Source: Corallochytrium limacisporum Hawaii
Taxonomy: Eukaryota > Protista > Pluriformea
NCBI GenBank assembly: GCA_002811645.1
Contig: PDIP01000043.1
Coordinates: forward strand, 191,807-255,806
Direction: 5' to 3'
DNA length: 64,000 nt
The notes under the pieces are model-generated. The model made no database searches, was not told where the DNA came from, and saw only the letters and a program-made list of their open reading frames with translations. Positions within the stretch are counted from its first letter, which is position 1. Each line of letters starts with the position of its first letter. Position numbers and translations under genes: made by a program. This document shows positions 1-9,537 of the stretch, in pieces.

Positions 1-18
1 TATACCCTACTTACACTC

Positions 19-37
19 TGTGTGTGTGTGTGTGTGT
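19..37. repeat. (TG)n microsatellite
   Basis: tgtgtgtgtgtgtgtgtgt read directly. Confidence 0.9.
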
Positions 38-3004
38 TGAAGTGATCTGTTCCCTTTCCCGCACCAATACCATTTGCCGAGCAATCGCTTTTTCGCTGAA
101 CTCATACACCCTACGTGATAATTGCAGCGAGCACTATCTGCACCCTACACAGTGGCTGGGCGATTGATTGGTTTCCACCCGCTATGCTTATCACTGGTTC
201 CAAGGATTTTATTTTTGGCAAACCCACTAGCCATTTTCGTGCAAATTGCCCTATATTGACTATCTCTGGTGGAATTGGTATCGGCCTTTGGATCTGCTTG
301 ATTTCTCCACCTGCTACTCTTCTGCACTTTTCTGAGGGATAGCACGGGCAAGTCGGACATAAGAATACACAATGACAACGCCCATAGTCAGACGGAACCT
401 AGTAGTACAAAACACACTGACACTCCATCACAAAGCACGGCATCGACGCATACCGTCCGAAAAAGTGCAACGGCACACTATTCCGGGTAATTTTCTTTTT
501 TTGGCTCCGGTTATGCACTAATTTGTCATGGGTCACAGACTGTGTACGGTAATCCATACTAAATATATGGACTTGTAGGGAAGAAAGGGCCTGTGCCGTG
601 TATTCCAAGCCGGCCGGGGTGGGAGACATTGAGTCTTCGGTGGTACCGAGAGGGGAGTCCGTCTACATTCTTGTTCGGCTGCCGGTCACTTTCTCATGAA
701 CGTCAAATTACTTTCATAACTAACCTGTTTGTAATTAAACACTGTATACTGGATGTGCTGAGTGATATGGACATGGTCCTTGCATTCTACGAGGGATTGG
801 GGATTCCACCGGGCCGTCGTGGAATCTCGACACTTCGTCGGACGTCTGTGCAGGAATGGATTCAAGGGTGACTTGCCACTGTTGAAGTACAGTGACGTGT
901 AGTGCGATAACTGAGCGAGAGCATGCAAGCTGCCCGAAAACGTTTTCCATGCGCTACTCTCTCAGGATGTGGATGCCATGCTCCTTTAGGGCGTGGTAGG
1001 AAGTTCTCCAATTCTCCCCCAATTCACGCAGTTTGTCTCACACCAACCTTTTTTCGTTCGATTTTCGGCGGTGCTATTTCTGTGTCAATAGTTGCTGCCT
1101 CAATGGTCGTTGCACAGTGGTGTCGACATGTGTTGGACATCTCGGAGTCATAGTAGAACAATCATTGCCGACCGTTTCTAACGATGTCACTTTGGTCTAT
1201 AGACGTATAAGTATTTTTTAGCCTTGCAACTCACAGTACCAAGCACGTCAGAATATTACTTGACGCAAGGATGTCTGTAGAACTCTACGAGGACCCGGCA
1301 TATGCTGTTCAACATAGAACGCCTACACTGTCCTGTGTGCCTAATTTCAAGCTGAATTCGCAAGACTGCTTGTCCAACCGAAAAAAAATAGACGAGTACA
1401 ACTGAGGAAGAACATCTGCGACTTTCATCGACCGGAAATGGACCTGCTGTCGTGTCGTTGTCTTGCTCGTTGATGTCTCGGGTTCACCAAACAAACATAA
1501 ACACATTATTTATGATCACGTCCGAAGACGGATACCAACAAGCCCACACCGAACATTTTCTTTTTCGTGAAATGGGACACAATGGCAACAAAAACAGCAG
1601 TTGACTCCTTTATATTTGGAAAGTTTTGCAGCTATCCCGTTTTGTTTTCCGCTCCCTAATTTTTTAGTAAGTGTGTCTTGGCCGTCTCACCCTCCGACGA
1701 AGGGGCGCAGGGGGAGGAGGTACGCGGCTGTTATCAGACCCAATGCTATGAAATTGGTCAAGAAGTCTATACTGAATAGCCTGCCGTTCCACAGTATGGT
1801 CTGATGTCAGGAGATTTCACTTGAGGGGGGGATCAGGCCTTAAAACAAAACACGCGCCAAAGACGATTCCAATGCTAAGATAGTTCAAGTCATACTAAAT
1901 GTACTGAGCATAAAAGTGGTGTCGGTGCGCGTCTTGGGAAAAAAATTGTCAACAGGCGAGCGAACTATTAAAGACCTGGCCCTTGTCAAAATCCAACACT
2001 GCTGACACAAATTTAACTTGAAATCAGGCAATGAGCCCAGCTGAACTCTAGTACTATTTTCATGCCCCAATGCTGAAATGCAGTTTGTGGAGCAATGGTC
2101 ACAGCAGGCAAACGCAAACGCAATATCTCTTCCCTCAGGCAATACGGCCCCTGAGGTAGATGGATCTATTTGATCTCCGTCGGTGTTTTCTTTTCAAAGG
2201 CCCATGGCTTTTTGGCTCTCGCTTTGGGCAGAACTGAATTAAATAATCAGACTGCCGTCTAATGTTATGGAGCGCATGGAAATGTGGGTCCCCTCCCTGA
2301 CATCCGAGATTAGCCCTCGAACGACTCTGGGGCAATGGGCATAAATTTAATATGGAGCGTAGCAGATGCTCTGGAATGGGGGGAGGGAGGGGAATTCCGT
2401 GTGTAAGACCTGCGCTGAGCTAGTGCAGGACGAGACCTGGGCCGCTGGAATGCCAGCCTCCCCCCCCCCCTTCCCAAAAAAATTTGATTACTTTTTCTTC
2501 TCTTTGTTGGTGCAAAAAGTTTTTCTGACCGATTCACTATGGTAATTGAACGGTTGCAAACAGAACTCTTCATTACAGCTGCCAAGCGGGGTAAGTGCTA
2601 GACTCGTTCCGGTAATTTTTTTCATTCCCATCTTCCTTTGCGCTGTCTCCCCACTGACCTCCTCTTCTCGGACCTCGCCGAACACCCATGTTCAGTACGG
2701 GGGTTACTGGTTCTTACTCTGCTGATCTCTTGTCGTGTTGTTGCCTTTACGACCCCAAGCAACAGCAGAGCGCCCACAGCAAGGACCGGGTCCGTTCTCC
2801 AAGGAACACACCCCACACCCACAACATGGCCGGACTATCGATATACTTCTTCCCGGACTTCTCTGAAATGACGCAGACCCAAACGGAAGGTTGCCAGTAC
2901 ATAAAGTACTAGAACTTTGGCGAAGGGATGATTACATGTTGATTTATAATCATATTATGATTGAATCAGGGACCTCTGTTCGGGGTGAAAAATCCCGGGC
3001 CACT

Positions 3005-3021
3005 CCCCCCGGGGGGGGGGG
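3005..3021. promoter_or_regulatory. C6G11 run, candidate promoter element upstream of Kish
   Basis: CCCCCCGGGGGGGGGGG about 200 bp before ATG 3220; same motif recurs upstream of other genes. Confidence 0.45.
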
Positions 3022-3219
3022 AGACTGTTGAAATGTATGCGTTCGCAATATGGCAAACAGGAAGCGGGGCGTTTGCAGATGTGTTCGAAGCTATGGCTGG
3101 GTGCGCGGTGGTCAATACGAACCCGCAAGGTACTGCAAGAGAGCCATCGACTGCTCGTCTCATATGCCTTTATGAAGCTTACCTAGCTGAACCAGCCTTC
3201 AGTTGAGCAGACAAAAACT

Positions 3220-3435
3220 ATGTCTGCCATTTTCAACTTCCAAGCACTGTTGGCAGTGCTTTTACTGTCCATCTGCACATGCGCATACGTGCATGAGCTG
3301 CGGCCCCAACTGCTTGATTCAAATAAAACCGGACCATTGGGAACATTTTGGAAACTGGCAAGAATTGGAGAACGTCTGAGCCCATTTGTATGTCTGTGCT
3401 GCATCGCAATGGCATTCTCGATGCTATCTACGTAA
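3220..3435 (+). CDS. TMEM167: Protein kish (TMEM167/Ksh1), small secretory-pathway membrane protein
   Basis: [23 protein letters not shown]...[17 protein letters not shown] matches the kish signature; 71 aa. Confidence 0.95.
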   Translation: MSAIFNFQALLAVLLLSICTCAYVHELRPQLLDSNKTGPLGTFWKLARIGERLSPFVCLCCIAMAFSMLST

Positions 3436-3943
3436 AGCACTGCGACGCGCTCTGCAGTATTGACCATAATCACCTCGGCTACTGCGTAACTATTGTCATA
3501 TATCATCATCGTCATCATCATCATACTACATACAACTACATATCTTTCATGTCAATCTGATGCTTGTATGCCTCACTCGTAACATCCTCGAATTGTTGTG
3601 CTTTTCGCAATAGTTGGGGCCACCGGGTCGATTCTCAACTAGTTTTTTAATTGCCCCTTGTTTATTTTTTAAAATTCGACCGCGTTGGGCCCAGATGGGG
3701 GAGGGGTCCACGGGTTGGAGTGACGGTCTGTACGGTTCGCTCCGCACTTGTTGATGGTCGCTGTTGCTGTAGCTCAAGAATGAATGTTAGTCATGTTCTG
3801 CATATTTCAGATCGTTTATTTTTGGACCTGAAAAGCACAATTCTTCAAAGCGTAGGAATATGAATGGAGAAACTAAACCAAGGTAAAGGAAGTGTTATGT
3901 AGGTTGTTCGGATTCAACTTGTGTTTGTGAATATTGCGTAACC

Positions 3944-4729
3944 ATGCCCATAGGGTGCAGCTTTACCAGTATGATTCGCAGGGCCAGTAGCGCCTTCCCT
4001 GCAGTGTCTCGAAAGCCAATGCTGCCGAACGTTCGGATGTCTAAGAAGGAGAGCCATGAATACATGTGGAAGCAGACGCCTCTGGGTATGCGCTACTTGC
4101 CCAAGTGGATGATGCAAGGGACACAGCCACACAGGAGACACGACGGTATTTGGGCTGGAAAGAATGTGAAGTTTGGAGATGCTGTGGCAGCCTTTGGTCG
4201 TAATCGGTGGCGCAGGAGCTGGAAGCCTAACGTGCAGCGTGTGGCATTGTGGAGTGAAACCCTCGAAGAGCGCATTACCATCCCCGTCACAACGCACGCT
4301 CTGAAGCAAATAGACAAGTGGGGTGGGTTGGACAACTATCTTCTGCGTTCCAACCCGAACCGCAAGGAAGTCTTTGCCTTGCAGCTGCGTGATCGGATCA
4401 TTGACACCCGCCAGAGCCGCCGTGAGCGTGGAGAAGCGCCTGTCCGAGTCCGCAAATATTTGCCCCCGGATCCGAAGGAACCTGTTGAACCATTCGAACC
4501 CGACTCGCTGAAGAAAACTATTGCTCGCTTCAGCGGTCTCGAGCTGAAGCAACGTCTGCGTGCTGTGGCTGATCCGGACTGGTACCTAAAGAAGGTAATC
4601 CCTGCTATCCATAAGAAGCGGACTGACGGTAAGATTACGGAACAAGAATGGCAAGAAGAGATAGCCCTAGCCAACAAACGCTACAAATATGCGTTTGTGA
4701 ATGCGCTGGCCATGGGCAATGCGGCGTAA
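3944..4729 (+). CDS. MRPL28: Mitochondrial ribosomal protein bL28m (start may be ATG 3971)
   Basis: L28 motif GIWAGKNVKFG...RRSWKPNVQRVALWSETL...TTHALKQIDKWGGLDNYLL; Arg/Ser-rich presequence-like N-terminus. Confidence 0.88.
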   Translation: MPIGCSFTSMIRRASSAFPAVSRKPMLPNVRMSKKESHEYMWKQTPLGMRYLPKWMMQGTQPHRRHDGIWAGKNVKFGDAVAAFGRNRWRRSWKPNVQRVALWSETLEERITIPVTTHALKQIDKWGGLDNYLLRSNPNRKEVFALQLRDRIIDTRQSRRERGEAPVRVRKYLPPDPKEPVEPFEPDSLKKTIARFSGLELKQRLRAVADPDWYLKKVIPAIHKKRTDGKITEQEWQEEIALANKRYKYAFVNALAMGNAA

Positions 4730-4850
4730 TTGTAGAATAGTCTTTCCATCAATATTTATATCATAATCAGACACATACATAGAATGTACCATGAAGCTTG
4801 AATGAGTAATGACTTTTGTTTCCCAAGTCGGCGTACGATTAGTGTAACAT

Positions 4851-7472
4851 TTACCTAAGGTTTTGAAGTAACGTCTTCGTAACCTGACGTCCACGTTGCA
4901 AATTCAGAAGGCGTGTACGTTCGTTGGCCAAATGGGCTCCGTCCGAGGACTGACCCATGGGCATATGCAGTGCTTTGGCTCCAAATATTTGCTCAAGGTA
5001 TGAAGTCATAGGAATGGAACCGCCCTCACGCGTAAGGAATGGCGCTTTGCCCCAATGTTCCTCAATGGATTGGGAAGCGGCCTGGAAAAGCGGGGAATTG
5101 TAGTCCCCCTGCCACCAGTCACCAGTGTCGGCATCGGTGACAGTCAGTTTGTTGCCGGATCCAATCTTGGCCATAATGTCCTCCAAATGCTTCTGAGTTT
5201 TGCTAACCACGTCGTTGATACGTTGCGAGGCCACAATACGCATGCTGACCTTTGCGGTTACCTTGTGTGGTATGACAGTATCTGTACCTGGACCACTGCT
5301 GCGAACGCTGTGGATAGAGCAAGTTGGTTCTCTCCAGCGCTTCATCAGAAGCTCACGGGAGTCCTTGGTGACCACGGCCTCCAGGTCTTCACCAGTACTG
5401 TACTTGAGCTCAGCGTCCTGGAATTGATCGTACAAAGCTTCCTCGTGAGATGTTAGAGGTGCGACATCATCGTAGAAGCCAGGTACAAGGCATTTGGCTT
5501 CGGAATTGACCAGGGATCCAAGCAGTTTGGTCATGTCACTGAAAGGTTCGTTGATTGTACCACCTTCGATACCACTATGCAAATCAGCATTCTGGCTTTC
5601 CACCACTATGTCGAATCGGACCACACCACGCAGGCCATATATCAGACAAGGGTGAGTGTCACCAATCCAATAGGAATTGGAGATGAGAATGTAGGAAGTC
5701 TCGCCAAAGAAGTCGAGATTATTGGCCATCAGACCGCGGAAGTCCTTGGAACCAATTTCCTCACTGCCATCTACCACAAACCCAACGTTGACATCTAACT
5801 GGCCCATATCCAGAAGATCACGAACGGCAAATATCATAGCAACAAGGGGACCCTTGTTGTCTGTGACACCACGACCATACAAGTAACCGTCGATACCGCG
5901 CAACTCGAAAGGATCTGTTCGCCACTGCGTCGCTCCTGCGCGAGAATTGGCTGGCTGCACGTCGTAGTGGGCATAGATGAGCACCGTAGGTTGGGACTTC
6001 GGATTTTCTTTGGCATCAAATCGGGCCATGACAATCGGAGGTGACTCGTCACTCGAGGCATCCAGCTTGGTTTCCGCACCCAGGCTCTCGAAGCACTCTC
6101 GCAGGTATTGTGCGCAGTCCCAGCAGGCATTGATGCATGATTCCTTAGCGCTGACTGTGCGATACGCAATCAATTGTTCGAGAACAGCATACATGTCATC
6201 TTCCGGATTGAACAATGTGGGGAGCATGTCTTCGCCTTCGTTTACATTGGTGGTTGCCGTCTCCAAGCTGATCTGCCAAACACGTAGTTCTCCGTCTCCT
6301 CCTCCACTAACAAAGTGGTTCTCTCCTGCTGGCGTGATGGACAGTACAGGTCCACTGTGGTCAGTCAGGCTGTCCACGATGGTGTATTCCGGATTCAGGC
6401 AATGAATAAGCCCGTCCGCAGACGCACTGAAGAGGAGATCATGCGCATAGCAAAGAGCAAGCACATCATCATTGTGGGCTTTCAGTTTCCGACGACATTT
6501 CAAACTCTCCCCATCCCAAACTTTGATGCATCCATCCTGGCCCGCGCTGATGATGAGGCGGCCGATTGTAACTATAGAGAGAATCCCACCATCATGGGCC
6601 GTAAAGGTGGTCCTGAGTTGCAACGGTTCGTCCCCATCGGGCGCCACGCGCCAGATCTTGATACTTCCGTCTCCGCCACCCGATACCAAGTGAAATCCAC
6701 CTTCTGGACCCAGCCTCAGAGAAGCTAGCGAGTACACATAACCATGATGGCGTACCTTGTAAGCTTCTGAACTGTCAGGAGCAGGAGTGACCTCCACAGT
6801 ACTCATGACCTCGTCCGGGACAGCTGTCACGGTACCGTTCATGTGATCTGATGGACTATTCTTGACCACCAGATTCGAGATGTCGATAACTTGAATGCTA
6901 TTGTTTTGGCATCCTGCAAACAAATAGTCGCTCTTCGGCAAGATTTCCAGTCCATAAATGTCCCCTACAGGATTGGTAAAGTGATACTGTGCCATTAGCA
7001 TCAGGGACTCCGGAGTTGCCCGCCATGCCTTGATATATCCGTCCCCAGACGACGTGAAGAAGAGGTTTCTCTCTTCACACATAAATGTGGCAAGAACAGA
7101 CTTCTCATGGCCCTTAACAGAGGCCACTCTCAAATAGGTCTCCGCATTCCATGCAGTTACTTGCCCGGACTCAGTGGCGGCATAAATATAGGAGTCTCCA
7201 CACGCCGTACTTAGTACCGAGTCGGCGCATGTTAGAGTGTGTACGCATTTGATGTTCACGTATTGAACCCGTTGCAGCGGTACGCGGGGCTTCCGCTTAA
7301 TAACCTGCACAGTGGTCGCATCATCAAGGACCACCGTAGATTGCTTTCTCATTATAGAATTTCCCGATTGTATCCGTGCGTCAGTTGGCCGAACTTCGAC
7401 TAGGTGGTCATCGGCTGAGAGCGGCTCGGGACCATTATGACGAGGAGCACCCTTGTATTTAGGGGAATTCAT
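4851..7472 (-). CDS. DUG2: WD40-repeat + M20 peptidase-like protein (Dug2 type, glutathione degradation)
   Basis: N-terminal WD40 repeats (GH...SGDGYIKAW, SGGGDGSIKIW); M20 motifs YAHYDVQP, GRGVTDNKG, SEEIGS, SNSYW, DLHSG, GAHLANER. Confidence 0.88.
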   Translation of the reverse strand: MNSPKYKGAPRHNGPEPLSADDHLVEVRPTDARIQSGNSIMRKQSTVVLDDATTVQVIKRKPRVPLQRVQYVNIKCVHTLTCADSVLSTACGDSYIYAATESGQVTAWNAETYLRVASVKGHEKSVLATFMCEERNLFFTSSGDGYIKAWRATPESLMLMAQYHFTNPVGDIYGLEILPKSDYLFAGCQNNSIQVIDISNLVVKNSPSDHMNGTVTAVPDEVMSTVEVTPAPDSSEAYKVRHHGYVYSLASLRLGPEGGFHLVSGGGDGSIKIWRVAPDGDEPLQLRTTFTAHDGGILSIVTIGRLIISAGQDGCIKVWDGESLKCRRKLKAHNDDVLALCYAHDLLFSASADGLIHCLNPEYTIVDSLTDHSGPVLSITPAGENHFVSGGGDGELRVWQISLETATTNVNEGEDMLPTLFNPEDDMYAVLEQLIAYRTVSAKESCINACWDCAQYLRECFESLGAETKLDASSDESPPIVMARFDAKENPKSQPTVLIYAHYDVQPANSRAGATQWRTDPFELRGIDGYLYGRGVTDNKGPLVAMIFAVRDLLDMGQLDVNVGFVVDGSEEIGSKDFRGLMANNLDFFGETSYILISNSYWIGDTHPCLIYGLRGVVRFDIVVESQNADLHSGIEGGTINEPFSDMTKLLGSLVNSEAKCLVPGFYDDVAPLTSHEEALYDQFQDAELKYSTGEDLEAVVTKDSRELLMKRWREPTCSIHSVRSSGPGTDTVIPHKVTAKVSMRIVASQRINDVVSKTQKHLEDIMAKIGSGNKLTVTDADTGDWWQGDYNSPLFQAASQSIEEHWGKAPFLTREGGSIPMTSYLEQIFGAKALHMPMGQSSDGAHLANERTRLLNLQRGRQVTKTLLQNLR

Positions 7473-8320
7473 TATTTTCCGAAGGGTTCTATTTATATTG
7501 TAGAAAGTGCTTCAGGGGGTCACCTCATGTTCTCAACCTACTGCCCGCTTGGTTTCAGAGCTTTCCCAGTCAAATACAGAACGATTTACCAGGTCAGTCG
7601 TTCCTCATCGATCTAATATCCATTTACGTCTGAAATATCTTGGGCAGGCCATGGATACGCGGACTCGTCTCACTGTCTGTTTAGATCAGGAATCTCCCCG
7701 CTCCCGTGTGTATCGCAGGCAGAGCGGCACTTGCGAATTCTCCATCCGGGGAAGGGCCTCTGCCCGGCCAGCTAACAGGCCCCCCTCCCCCCGGGGTTCG
7801 GCCTCGGGGAGAGGGGAGGGGAGGAGTGGAGGCCAGTTTGGTCCAGGGTGGGGTTTGGGGGCGGGAGCCACACTCTCCCGAAAGCACTCTGTAGGCAACA
7901 AGAAGGGGAAAATGAGTCCTACTACTACCGTTTTCCCTGCGTTCCGATCCCATCACACATTCCTTTCCTTTGGAGTCGAGGAAAGATCTGTTCAGACTTT
8001 CTCATACGAGCGAATGGAAAGGTTTGGGGGAAGGGGAGAGGAGGAGGAAGGGGAGAGGACGAGGAAGGGGGGTCCAACTGGCTATCGCCGCTGCGCAGGT
8101 TTATTTAGAGGGTGGGCAGAGCATACCCACACACTTTTACCCACATCCGTGTGTGGTGCATGACACAATTCTTGCCGTTTTTAGGTGGTATTCTTTCGCA
8201 CCAAAGCCTCCGACACCCGCCCCCTTCCCTCACCCCTGAGAATAGGAAATCGTCGTGCGATGTGCGGTTCTCCTTTTGGGTTTTTCGTTCGTGCTCTTGG
8301 TCGCGCGCATAAGCCGGCCG

Positions 8321-9534
8321 GATGTCGATGGGATTTCGCGGTGTCCCCTTTGGTCCTGAGTATCGCAGTATCGGCGCGTTGCGGCTTCAACCCCGGTCGT
8401 GCTTCTGACCAATTTCTCGATTCTCTTTTTTTGGTTCTGCTGCACCTGGGCGTAAGCGAAGAATGCAAGATACACGTGCGATTGGACACGAGTGGAAAGG
8501 GGTTCAAATTTCGGACTAAAGACTGTCAAACTCGGGCCAAAGCAGGGGCAAGCTGGAACACACGGACAACACCCACAGACCCACAAGAGGGGAGGACGCC
8601 AAGTTCCGGATAAGCAAGTTTTGGCCGGAGCACGGCCAGTCAGTACTTCATGCCCTTCTCACTGGGCAGGGCCGGCCTGATCTGAATTTGCCTTTTCCAT
8701 TTACTGTCTGTTTCCCTCTCTTTCCCCTTGCTTCCTCGCGGTGCTGTGCGGAAGCGGGAGATCCTGTAACTCTGAAAGTCCCCTGTCCCCTAAAAGCGGA
8801 AAGGAACCAGAGCCAGAAATTTGGTTAAGTCTTTCGAGTGCACGTAAAATCATCGCCAGTGGAGGGGAGCGCAGGTGTGCGTAGTCTTCAGAGCCTGAGC
8901 CACTCTTCCGAGAAGGACTTTCCGTAAGGAGCGGTAAAAAGGAAAAAAGAAAATGGAAGGAGACGGTAGATTGTGGCTATACATGTGCACTCACGACTAC
9001 CAAATTTCTGACACTGATCGGGTGGGGACAAGAGTCCTTTCAGAGGACCAGGATCACGCTCCATACATAAACTACGACCAACGAAAATTGTAAAAGGCAG
9101 ATAGAGAGTGTTGAAGTGGTATCGGTCTCTACTCTGGCGTCAGTTTCTTCGACTTAGACTATATGGTGGCGGGGGCACCGGATCGCTGCCGTTTGCAGCT
9201 GGCAGTAGTGAGTATATGGTCACATAGCTCGAGACTTTCCTGGTCGGACCCGAGAACGGAGAGGGCGGTGGTGCAATGCCACGAAAGTGATGAGGGAGCC
9301 TTTTTGGGATCTTTATTTTGTGTTTGTTTCGTATTTGAAATACAACGTTATTGAATCATTAAAATATCTAAGTTTTGGTCAGAACAAAATCGCGAAAAAG
9401 AGATCTTACTGAAAATCAAAGGGGACCATGTTCCGGCATACCGACACCGCATTTATATTTGTATAGGGATATCGCGAACCAATTTACTGACGTAGACTTC
9501 ACTTACGTTCGGATTGGCTGAAAGCCTCGATATC
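8321..9534 (+). other. Candidate long structured RNA (5' leader, leader intron or ncRNA) upstream of the GH47 gene
   Basis: Twelve nested complementary segments including a perfect 12-bp helix 8814-8825/8999-9010; see findings. Confidence 0.6.
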
Positions 9535-9537
9535 ATA

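Noticed and set aside
3914-4552. Long antisense ORFs over real genes (also 42359-42961, 44719-45339)
   Set aside because: Shadow frames of well-supported CDS on the opposite strand
7507-8163. 218-aa ORF, and similar ORFs at 29795-30424 and 51945-52550
   Set aside because: They cross GC-rich upstream tracts, lack any domain signature and mostly use non-ATG starts
8775-8783. GAAAGTCCC, resembling the RNase MRP/P CR-I motif
   Set aside because: No matching downstream ACAnnnGGGGCUYA P4 strand; these bases are better explained by the long hairpin
9287-9412. GTGATGA...CTGA as a C/D snoRNA
   Set aside because: No terminal stem and no recognisable rRNA guide
8321-9534. Telomerase RNA (similar size and long arms)
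   Set aside because: No CTAACCC-type template on either strand and no clear pseudoknot; the host telomere repeat is unknown, so not fully excluded
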